A stretch of DNA of 64,000 nucleotides from Hormiphora californensis (taxonomy: Eukaryota; Animalia; Ctenophora): the NCBI GenBank assembly GCA_020137815.1, contig CM035358.1, positions 4,464,001 through 4,528,000 of the forward strand, written 5' to 3'. A model generated the notes under the pieces. It was not told the DNA's origin, did not search any database, and worked only from the letters and a program-made list of their open reading frames with translations. Positions 1-48,772 of the stretch are shown piece after piece. Each line of letters opens with the position of its first letter. Positions within the stretch are counted from its first letter, which is position 1. The position numbers and the translations under genes were made by a program.

Positions 1-1040
1 AGTCTTACCAATCGTCAGATACATCGTCGTAAAGTCAAAATTACGTGTTCATGAAATCCGACCGGGGTTCACGTTTTGAAAAATTCACAAATGCAAAGTT
101 GCTCGGATCACATTGCATCCCTCATAAGAGTTGTGGGAAATTGTCTGGCGGTCATTTTGGTACCCGTGTTTTTGTCCTAGCTCAATGTTTAGAGTGTCTT
201 ATGACTGTCTAAAGACGAAATTCAACCAGCATTTTTGAGGGGATCACGTGTCATCAACAAATGGGTAAAATGATTTGAAATTTACAAGAGCTTCATTGGA
301 ATCTTCTAAGGTTCATTTTGATACCATGGTTTTTTCCATAGCTCTACGTCTAAGTTGCGTTATGACTGTAGGAACATGAAGATTTTTCTATGCTGAGTCT
401 TAGTTGGTATCGGCTCACAACCCCTAATTAGGTGGCTCGGTGTCGTGTGTAATCCCATGATAATCAGCACATATCGTCTCAATTTCATCTAGACACTTGA
501 CAGGGTTGTTATGACGATTTGGCAAGGCCCCTCTTAATGTGTAGGATACGCAAGTGGTCTATCTCAACCCTATCATGCACTAAGATGTTATTCAAGCAGC
601 TATGAGCTTCATAACAGGGCAAAATGCAATGTGATACCTGAGACCACTTTTGGGAAAATTCCAGTTCTGACAGTCATAAGACACTCTAAACATTGAGCTA
701 GGATAAAAACCAGGATACCAAAATGACCGCCAGACAATTTCCTACAACTCTTATGAGGGATGCAATGTGATCCGAGCAACTTTGCATTTGTGAATTTTTC
801 AAAACGTGAACCCCGGTCGGATTTCATGAACACGTAATTTTGACTTTACGACGATATATCTGACGATTGATAAGACTTGGAAAGTCAATCTTGCAACCAA
901 AATATTTGCCAGACAATTCTCTAGAACACTGGTTTTTGTTAGAACCATTTTGACCAATTTTTCGATGAGTTTTGGTTAGTTTAATGGAGCCCGGTCATGA
1001 CCCAAAATCGCAGGTGATGCAAAGACAGTGGGACACCCTG
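1..1040. mobile_element. Large palindromic non-autonomous Tc1/mariner-type element (right end in window, left end outside)
   Basis: Positions 1-~210 are the reverse complement of ~670-877. The element ends in TGGGACACCCTG followed by TA, the same terminus as the mini element at 8720-8782. Confidence 0.75.
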
Positions 1041-1180
1041 TACATGTGTATGGTGTAGATTATCACATGTGTAAACAAAACATCCCATATCATATACCAC
1101 TGCTTTGGTAACGAAATAACCCCTCCCTTGCCAGCGCGCGAGGCGATCTCTTTAGAGGGGTTATTTCGTAACACATGTAC

Positions 1181-37680
<36,500 letters not shown>

Positions 37681-38151
37681 TCAGTGCATGTTAGCTTAGT
37701 AATAGGTTATTGAGCATTATATCTGGTGGCCAGTTTGAATTTGGTTGATATTGAGAAATTTAATTGAGTTGTAAGTATGTTATTGTTTTAAAAAATAAAC
37801 ATTTCCGGACCATGAGTTTCAAATTTTGATACTTAACGTAATGACAAGTTTTTTGTTTTACCCCATTTCCACTCCTCCTTGAGTCCAACAAATCCCAAGA
37901 CTCCAAGATTTGGGTGTCCAGCCTATCCTCTTGAGTCCTCAGAGGGAGTCCAGAGACGTCCAATGTAGAGCGGGCCGAGGTCTCGTTGACTTGTCGAATC
38001 TATACACGGGGGGAGAAAGATTGAATAAAATCAAGATATGGAGATCGATATTCAAGGGTATAAGGGGGACTACCATTGTAACTTGTCGTCTATCATATCC
38101 TGAGGCTAGGAATAAACATTGATTACATCAGGACTCAGGTCCCAATCTTAC

Positions 38152-38724
38152 CGGCCATGTTGTTGAGAAAGACAGCACACTGTGACTCCTTGAGGCCATG
38201 TTGGGCTCCGAACCTCAGGTACAACATTTCCAAAAACTGAACCTCATCAGGGGAGAGAGCCGAGCTGGCCACTAAAACAAGAGCGGTCGCATCACGGGCA
38301 ATGGCAGGCCAGCAAGATTCAAACTGGGGGGAACCACCACAGTCCCATAATTGTACCTGAGATAACGTGCAATTAGACAGGTACCATGCAATTATAGGGG
38401 TCGGTATCGTGCTAATTGGACTCTGTTTATTGCTATCCCACATTATATCACTCAATAGTGATTAGATTCCCAGAAAAAAGGTGACATACACCTGTTTCCC
38501 CTATCCCTACCCCGGAAAAGTAAAGGTGCCATATACCTTTTTTTTCCCTATAATCCTACCTCGACAGGTGGGCTGTTAGGAACATTACAGTTGAACTCAA
38601 GAATCCTTACTCCAGCGGTGGGTTGATACTCACCACTGCCAGCATCAGTAGCATCGGCAAGATAGTTGGAGATAGTGCTCTTTCCCGTGTGAGGGGGTCC
38701 TATCATGACTACCTTAGTCGACAT
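38152..38724 (-). CDS. IFT22: IFT22/RABL5 small GTPase (exon 1 38560-38724, exon 2 38152-38356; C-terminal exon(s) probably within 37860-38106, unresolved)
   Basis: MSTKVVMIGPPHTGKSTISNYLADATDAGSGEYQPTAGVRILEF...VE|VQLWDCGGSPQFESCWPAIARDA matches the RABL5 signatures PTxGVRILEF and LWDCGGxxxFESCWPA. The phase-0 GT-AG intron joins the two exons in frame. Confidence 0.92.
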
Positions 38725-38994
38725 GCTGTGAATAGAGAGTTGTGGGCGATATGAATCATTATTAATAAATCGGTTTACAATAACTTGATACTGTCAATAT
38801 TGTCCTCCTATTTCCGAGGAAAACGGGAGACTGATCAATATTGAGCCGTGTTGTTTAGTACTTTTCGGGAAGAGTTATAAGACGAGTGGCAGCTATGGGT
38901 TAAAACATAATACCAATAAACAAAACATGTCAATAACATAAACTACATGCAATATCTATCATACGTTATAGTAAGTCAACATTGTCCGATCGTT

Positions 38995-39417
38995 TCATCT
39001 CCCTCCCTGAATCCTGGCAATTACAATTACAGTGGTCAGCTCTACCAGCCCGGGTAGCACACACGTTAAAGCAAAGGAGTACCACAGGGTAGTCACTGAG
39101 AGGGATTCCAGCAGGACAAATGCGAGGGTGATCGAACCAGCGACATGACAGGCAGTTGAGAACATTCCTGTCCCATGACTGAAGATTGTGTACCCGACAA
39201 ACAAGCTTATTAACTCCAATATGTTAATTGAGATTCCCAGGGAAAGTGCGACCAGAACTTCCGTTTCTTTCGCTGATTGTGTTTCGTCTGTGGATCCTCC
39301 GAGGGGTAACGAAGCTCGAACGGTTTGGTCCTGGAACCAAAACAGGTTCATAGTGATGATGATTTGTGTTATAAGGGACAGGAACCGAGGTGGGAGGATA
39401 GTTTCAGCGATAACCAT
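38995..39417 (-). CDS. TMEM107: TMEM107, ciliary transition-zone membrane protein, single exon, 140 aa
   Basis: MVIAETILPPRFLSLITQIIITMNLFWFQDQTVRASLP...ACHVAGSITLAFVLLE...LWYSFALTCVLPGLVE aligns with human TMEM107 (LVPSRFLTL, LFWSRDSNIQACLP, AHCSASVALSFFIFE, YWYIFVFCSALPAVTE). It has several hydrophobic segments and the same length. Confidence 0.9.
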   Translation of the reverse strand: MVIAETILPPRFLSLITQIIITMNLFWFQDQTVRASLPLGGSTDETQSAKETEVLVALSLGISINILELISLFVGYTIFSHGTGMFSTACHVAGSITLAFVLLESLSVTTLWYSFALTCVLPGLVELTTVIVIARIQGGR

Positions 39418-40059
39418 GATGACAAATGATTGAGGAGCGCTTGAGTGAAAGGAAAACAAGAAAGTGACAACTTTTTTTTGGAACGACTCAAGTTTTGGTC
39501 TTTGAATTTTCAAAATAAAATTTGGACTTTATGCCGCGCGCAACTTTAAAGATTGCTGCGCGGCACAAATATTCTCACGTGATCTTCCGTGACCAATGAA
39601 AGCAGAGCTTTTGAAGCAGACAGCCAATCAGAGGCTTCCATTTATGGACGCGCAAAATAAACGCCGCGCAATGTAAAGAGTTGGGTGACGTGGCATGGAT
39701 GCAAATTTATCCACCGACAACTGCAACAACCAATGAACTTCCAGTTCCAGTTCCAAACCAAGTTTTCCAATTCCATTTCCTTCCTTCCCCTGCTTGCACC
39801 GTGATCCGAAATTGTGTTTATTGAGTTTGTTTATGTTATTAACATATTGTTAACAAACAATTGAAACAAGTTATATCCAAGAGAAAAATATCTTTGGAAA
39901 AAGAGAGGTGCAAACAAGGGAGAAAATTAGAAATTGTGTAAAAACGACCTTATTAAAAGTGTTACAATAAAATTAACATAGGTGCGTGTACATTTCAACA
40001 TAATTGCAGCAGAGTGTTTCTCATATCTCTCAACAAGAGACACATCACAAGGATACTTC

Positions 40060-41764
<1,705 letters not shown>

Positions 41765-41844
41765 GATTAGTTGAGTTTCTAGTTTCTCGATACGCAAAAC
41801 AGAGGGTAAGAGATAGAGTTGTGTGCTGGTTGGTCCGGGAGGGC

Positions 41845-42080
41845 CGTTCTATATACTCCACCTGGCGTGGCGAGCATTCCATTGGTGGGTGATGGTCACG
41901 TGACCTTTATCACGCGAAATTCCCGGGAATACTGCACAGCGATCATTTTATCTCCATATATGGGCATCGAACGGTGCGAGAGAGATCGGCAGCTAGCGAA
42001 TGGCTTACATGGCTCTCTCCACGTGCGGATCACGTGATGCGCGCACTGGACGCTCAGAGCACGTTGAGATGATCACGTGA
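41845..42080 (-). promoter_or_regulatory. Actin proximal promoter: TATA-like element, CCAAT, CACGTG E-boxes and a CArG box
   Basis: TATATAG on the minus strand at ~41849-41855; ATTGG 41881-41885; GTCACGTGAC ~41895-41904; CCATATATGG 41954-41963; further CACGTG at ~42020, ~42031 and ~42074. Confidence 0.65.
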
Positions 42081-42389
42081 GATGGTCATGTGCTCAAATG
42101 GTGGAGAGATAAAGAAGGAGAACAAGAGAGAGAGAGAGAAATGAGAGAGCGAGAGAGAAATGAGAGAGCGAGAGAGAAATGAGAGAGCGAGAGAGCGAGA
42201 GAGAGAGAGAGAAATTAGAGAGCGAGAGAGAGAGAGAGAAATTAGAGAGCGAGAGAGAGAGAAAAATTAGAGAGTCAGAGAAATGAGGGAGAGAGAGATA
42301 TGAGGGAGAGAGAACAAGAGGGAGAGAGAGAGAGAGAGGAAATGGTTAGAGAGTAGCCATACACACAATCAGGATAGAGAGCAGGAAAA

Positions 42390-45300
42390 GGGGGAAAATG
42401 GAATTGTTAATAGTGCGTGACGATATCGCGAGTGGGGGGGGAAGAGAGAAAAATTTTGAACTATAGAAGGGGAGAGAGAGAGAGATTTAATCCATGCAAA
42501 GTGGGAGAGAAATTTTGCGGGAAATTGAGAGATATAGAGATAAACTAGTTGCTGTTTTGTTCTCTTACTGTGAGAGAAGAAGAGAGGACTTAATAGAGGT
42601 TAAATGTAAACTATGGTTTAGTCGCTGGTATAATACCATGAGGTGGTTCGGGGGTTCGAGGGCAAGCCCCAAATCGCTCGTGAAACGAGAAGGTGAGCTG
42701 TATAACAAAACAAAATGTCTTGCTATACAAACTGAGGTAGGAAGGAAAATGGAATTGTTAATTAGTGCGTGATCGATATCGCGTAGTGGGGGGAGAGAGG
42801 AGAGAACGAATCTGAACTATAGAAGGGGAGAGAGAGAGAGAGTTAATCTCATGCGAGTGAGAGAGAAATTTTGCGGGAAATTGAGAGATATAGAGATAAA
42901 ATAGTTGCTGTTTTGTTCTCTTACTGTGAGAGAAGAAGAGAGGACTTAATAGAGGTTAAATGTAAACTATGGTTTAGTCGCTGGTATATACCATGAGGTG
43001 GTTCGGGGGTTCGAGGGCAAGCCCCAAAATCGCTCGTGAAACGAGAAAGGTGAGCTGTATAACAAAACAAAATGTCTTGCTATACAACTGAGGTAGGAAG
43101 GAAAATGGAATTGTTAATTAGTGCGTGATCGATATCGCGTAGTGGGGGGAGAGAGAGAGAACGAATCTTGAACTATAGAAGGGGAGAGAGAGAGAGTTAA
43201 TCTCATGCGAGTGAGAGAGAAATTTTGCGGGAAATTGAGAGATATAGAGATAAAATAGTTGCTGTTTTGTTCTCTTACTGTGAGAGAAGAAGAGAGGACT
43301 TAATAGAGGTTAAATGTAAACTATGGTTTAGTCGCTGGTATAATACCATGAGGTGGTTCGGGGGTTCGAGGGCAAGCCCAAAATCGCTCGTGAAACGAGA
43401 AAGGTGAGCTGTATAACAAAACAAAATGTCTTGCTATACAACTGAGGTAGGAAGGAAAATGGAATTGTTAATTAGTGCGTGATCGATATCGCGTAGTGGG
43501 GGGAGAGAGAGAGAACGAATCTTGAACTATAGAAGGGGAGAGAGAGAGAGAGTTAATCTCATGCGAGTGAGAGAGAAATTTTGCGGGAAATTGAGAGATA
43601 TAGAGATAAAATAGTTGCTGTTTTGTTCTCTTACTGTGAGAGAAGAAGAGAGGACTTAATAGAGGTTAAATGTAAACTATGGTTTAGTCGCTGGTATAAT
43701 ACCATGAGGTGGTTCGGGGGTCGAGGGCAAGCCCAAAATCGCTCGTGAAACGAGAAAGGTGAGCTGTATAACAAACAAAATGTCTTGCTATACAACTGAG
43801 GTAGGAAGGAAAATGGAATTGTTAATTAGTGCGTGATCGATATCGCGTAGTGGGGGGAGAGAGAGAGAACGAATCTTGAACTATAGAAGGGGAGAGAGAG
43901 AGAGAGTTAATCTCATGCGAGTGAGAGAGAAATTTTGCGGGAAATTGAGAGATATAGAGATAAAATAGTTGCTGTTTTGTTCTCTTACTGTGAGAGAAGA
44001 AGAGAGGACTTAATAGAGGTTAAATGTAAACTATGGTTTAGTCGCTGGTATAATACCATGAGGTGGTTCGGGGGTTCGAGGGCAAGCCCAAAATCGCTCG
44101 TGAAACGAGAAAGGTGAGCTGTATAACAAAACAAAATGTCTTGCTATACAACTGAGGTAGGAAGGAAAATGGAATTGTTAATTAGTGCGTGATCGATATC
44201 GCGTAGTGGGGGGAGAGAGAGAGAACGAATCTTGAACTATAGAAGGGGAGAGAGAGAGAGAGTTAATCTCATGCGAGTGAGAGAGAAATTTTGCGGGAAA
44301 TTGAGAGATATAGAGATAAAATAGTTGCTGTTTTGTTCTCTTACTGTGAGAGAAGAAGAGAGGACTTAATAGAGGTTAAATGTAAACTATGGTTTAGTCG
44401 CTGGTATAATACCATGAGGTGGTTCGGGGGTTCGAGGGCAAGCCCAAAATCGCTCGTGAAACGAGAAAGGTGAGCTGTATAACAAAACAAAATGTCTTGC
44501 TATACAACTGAGGTAGGAAGGAAAATGGAATTGTTAATTAGTGCGTGATCGATATCGCGTAGTGGGGGGAGAGAGAGAGAACGAATCTTGAACTATAGAA
44601 GGGGAGAGAGAGAGAGAGTTAATCTCATGCGAGTGAGAGAGAAATTTTGCGGGAAATTGAGAGATATAGAGATAAAATAGTTGCTGTTTTGTTCTCTTAC
44701 TGTGAGAGAAGAAGAGAGGACTTAATAGAGGTTAAATGTAAACTATGGTTTAGTCGCTGGTATAATACCATGAGGTGGTTCGGGGGTTCGAGGGCAAGCC
44801 CAAAATCGCTCGTGAAACGAGAAAGGTGAGCTGTATAACAAAACAAAATGTCTTGCTATACAACTGAGGTAGGAAGGAAAATGGAATTGTTAATTAGTGC
44901 GTGATCGATATCGCGTAGTGGGGGGAGAGAGAGAGAACGAATCTTGAACTATAGAAGGGGAGAGAGAGAGAGAGTTAATCTCATGCGAGTGAGAGAGAAA
45001 TTTTGCGGGAAATTGAGAGATATAGAGATAAAATAGTTGCTGTTTTGTTCTCTTACTGTGAGAGAAGAAGAGAGGACTTAATAGAGGTTAAATGTAAACT
45101 ATGGTTTAGTCGCTGGTATAATACCATGAGGTGGTTCGGGGGTTCGAGGGCAAGCCCAAAATCGCTCGTGAAACGAGAAAGGTGAGCTGTATAACAAAAC
45201 AAAATGTCTTGCTATACAACTGAGGTAGGAAGGAAAATGGAATTGTTAATTAGTGCGTGATCGATATCGCGTAGTGGGGGGAGAGAGAGAGAACGAATCT

Positions 45301-46289
45301 TGAACTATAGAAGGGGAGAGAGAGAGAGAGTTAATCTCATGCGAGTGAGAGAGAAATTTTGCGGGAAATTGAGAGATATAGAGATAAAATAGTTGCTGTT
45401 TTGTTCTCTTACTGTGAGAGAAGAAGAGAGGACTTAATAGAGGTTAAATGTAAACTATGGTTTAGTCGCTGGTATAATACCATGAGGTGGTTCGGGGGTT
45501 CGAGGGCAAGCCCAAAATCGCTCGTGAAACGAGAAAGGTGAGCTGTATAACAAAACAAAATGTCTTGCTATACAACTGAGGTAGGAAGGAAAATGGAATT
45601 GTTAATTAGTGCGTGATCGATATCGCGTAGTGGGGGGAGAGAGAGAGAACGAATCTTGAACTATAGAAGGGGAGAGAGAGAGAGAGTTAATCTCATGCGA
45701 GTGAGAGAGAAATTTTGCGGGAAATTGAGAGATATAGAGATAAAATAGTTGCTGTTTTGTTCTCTTACTGTGAGAGAAGAAGAGAGGACTTAATAGAGGT
45801 TAAATGTAAACTATGGTTTAGTCGCTGGTATAATACCATGAGGTGGTTCGGGGGTTCGAGGGCAAGCCCAAAATCGCTCGTGAAACGAGAAAGGTGAGCT
45901 GTATAACAAAACAAAATGTCTTGCTATACAACTGAGGTAGGAAGGAAAATGGAATTGTTAATTAGTGCGTGATCGATATCGCGTAGTGGGGGGAGAGAGA
46001 GAGAACGAATCTTGAACTATAGAAGGGGAGAGAGAGAGAGAGTTAATCTCATGCGAGTGAGAGAGAAATTTTGCGGGAAATTGAGAGATATAGAGATAAA
46101 ATAGTTGCTGTTTTGTTCTCTTACTGTGAGAGAAGAAGAGAGGACTTAATAGAGGTTAAATGTAAACTATGGTTTAGTCGCTGGTATAATACCATGAGGT
46201 GGTTCGGGGGTTCGAGGGCAAGCCCAAAATCGCTCGTGAAACGAGAAAGGTGAGCTGTATAACAAAACAAAATGTCTTGCTATACAACT
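42390..46289 (-). repeat. Tandem array of ~11 copies of the same 356-bp monomer, in the opposite orientation
   Basis: Identical 60-aa spurious ORFs recur every 356 bp. The leftmost units are error-rich. The array ends at ...TATACAACT 46289. Confidence 0.95.
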
Positions 46290-46387
46290 ACCCCACCAGG
46301 ATGAGATACAGCAGATACTGGACGGAGATAAGGAGGGCATCCTCGTCACCTATATAGACTGGCACTCCAAGGAGCGCTCCTGTGATC

Positions 46388-46487
46388 NNNNNNNNNNNNN
46401 NNNNNNNNNNNNNNNNNNNNNNNNNNNNNNNNNNNNNNNNNNNNNNNNNNNNNNNNNNNNNNNNNNNNNNNNNNNNNNNNNNNNNNN
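46388..46487. other. Assembly gap (100 N)
   Basis: Run of N. Confidence 1.
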
Positions 46488-46630
46488 AGCAAAAGATATA
46501 AACCCTTTGTAGGAAGTTTGAAGTGGCCATGGCGTACCCTGCCCCCCCCCCCCCTTCCCCTACATGCGTGACTCTACCCCTTTACACAAGTTACACAAGG
46601 TACCCAACATCCCATATAATAACCTTTACC

Positions 46631-46950
46631 CAGGGGTGTAGGAATAGGAGGGAGGGCGAGGCCCCCCCCCCCCCCCACTTTTGGCCAGGTTCGCCCCTTC
46701 ACTTCTAATTCTATCACCAACAGTAAACACCCACTCCCAAATGACGAAATCATGACTTTTTGGCTCAAAACCCTAAAAATTTTCTCGGGCTCCGCTGTCG
46801 CTCCGCCCGATATATGGTATGTACATTGCACTGTGCAATGGAATAGGTGACTAAATCTTGCTCACAGAAAATTTTCTTGGGCGCTGGCCAGCGCTGTAAT
46901 TGGTCACGTGACTTCGCCCCCTCACTTGAAAAATTATTCCTACACCCCTG
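46631..46950. mobile_element. 320-bp hAT-type MITE
   Basis: CAGGGGTGTAGGAATA...TATTCCTACACCCCTG; TSD CCTTTACC/CCTTTACT. Confidence 0.85.
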
Positions 46951-47729
46951 CCTTTACTGACAGTTAAGGTCATCAGCAGTTAGCAGTAAAGGTTTCAATA
47001 TGACCTAATTAGTACATAATGCGAAAAGGGGTGAAACTTGATCTCCACCCATGATCAAATTCAAATCCCTCCGCCAACCATCAGATCACCAAATTGAGGA
47101 TCAGATCACCCCACTCCCCAGCAGGTCACTGTGCGTGATGATATCCCCATATACATAGAATAAGTGAGACCATATTCTCATTTCTCTCAAATATTACAAA
47201 TAAGTTCGCGGAGCGTGCGAGAACTGTGGTCAGACTGCCATGGCGCACTGTCCCAATTTGAGAATCAAATGGGGTATGGCGCCGCCTTGGATCCATCGCA
47301 TCCTATTCTCGCGTGACCTCGATCGCACTCAGGCATCAATTTGGTGACATTGACACCTAGTGCGACACCTAGTGCGAGATCGAGGTCGCGCAGCGACCGA
47401 GATCGAGCTCAATCTTGGTCGCGCACGGTGTCTATGTCACCAAGGCATCAATGTGGCCAAGGCGCCGCCATACAGTGGTCAGAGCATTGGCCTGCATGAC
47501 AGGTCCCACTTCCGACAGAGTCATATTAGACCATAACCTGTATGGCGACGCCATACCCCATTTGATTCTCAGATGGGTTGCGGCGCCAGACAGACCATAA
47601 CTATCTGATACGAAACATAGAAACACAGAAAACCAAAGTAGTCCACCATGACCTGATGAAGCTAGTACCAAACAGTCTAGCAGGCAAACTGGTCACAATA
47701 CCAGATTAATTTCATCTGGTATTGTGATG

Positions 47730-47905
47730 AGGTTGACAGCTCGGACTCAGAAGATAATGAACCAGTAAAGAAACCAGTACAGAAAGAAGAATCGGAAGAC
47801 GACACATTCAGTACACCTCCATCAACTAGTACTCCACTAGCATTGCGGAGGACCAGGAGAGAGGTTAAAATACCAGCCTACTTAGCAGATTACGAAACAA
47901 ATTAA
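47730..47905 (+). pseudogene. C-terminal remnant of an LTR-retrotransposon pol (integrase tail)
   Basis: ...DSEDNEPVKKPVQKEESEDDTFSTPPSTSTPLALRRTRREVKIPAYLADYETN* ; LRRxxRxxKxPxYLxDY is the typical post-integrase motif of Ty3/Gypsy-type elements. Confidence 0.7.
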
Positions 47906-47913
47906 AACAAGAG

Positions 47914-48657
47914 TCATTTAAAAAAAAAGAAGATAAAAATACATATAAAAAAATCAGAGGTCAATACACCGGCTACACCGTAATTCTTTGGGGGGGGGGG
48001 GAGGAGGTCCTCGCCATTTGCTAGATATTGGCGGATTACTTCCTCTAAATAAAGTAACCAGCCGCAATCACAGAACCCCCTCCCCGCACCGTCGAAGGCA
48101 TACAGCCAACTAACTTCATGCCTTCGAGCACCACAAGAAGCCCCCCGCTGCAAAAAATGTTCACACATCCCCGCATCGGAAAGGAATATTAGGGTCGAGA
48201 CGGCAACATTGTAGACCCCGTAGGGGTCGACACGGCCCCAGGACTTCTTGTAGGCCATCCGGTAAAAGATTGCAGATTTCCGTGAGGATCCTCCGGGAGC
48301 AAGACCCCGTCATTGTTTAGGTCTAAGACTGGATGATTCCGAGAAACCACCCGACGACGAGAGATGTCAACCCAGTTTGGATGAGCTGGCTCCGGGGCGA
48401 CGAGTTGGCCAAATTCGTCTTCAATCATATAATCCTGAAAAACAGAAAATAACTATAAGTAAATTAATCTGAAAACAACAGAGAACAAGGAAATCAGACA
48501 GGGGAGTAAAACCCACTTGGTCTTCTGCGCTGGTATAGGCCCTTAGAGACGACAAGTCATGAACGGGAAGGACATCCAAGTCCGGTCTGGGGATCCGGCC
48601 TACCCTAGCCACCTGGATCCTCTCCTCCTCTGATGGGGATCGACCTCTAGACATCAT
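47914..48657 (-). pseudogene. Spliced antisense accessory gene, copy A (exons 48517-48657 and 47914-48434; one 1-nt frameshift at the C-run ~48223-48226)
   Basis: Polypyrimidine-CAG acceptor just before the ATG and a phase-0 GT-AG intron. The protein is conserved with copy B. Confidence 0.75.
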
Positions 48658-48772
48658 TCCTGAAAAAAAGAAAAAGTTGAAACATCCGGAAGCCTGGGCA
48701 GAGTGCATTTCACCCTACACCACAAATTGGCTTGATCAACCAATTGAAATAGGGAGAGGATTAAAATCAACA

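Noticed and set aside
43080-43240. Monomer as a spliced-leader RNA or snRNA gene (GAG|GTAGG donor, AATTTTG Sm-like site)
   Set aside because: It does not match the ctenophore leader as I recall it (ending AATTTGAG). The TSD, tail and G.U pairing all favour the opposite strand as the transcribed one.
47227-47600. LTR of the env-bearing element
   Set aside because: It shows inverted rather than direct repeats and has no second copy in the window; probably a degenerate MITE.
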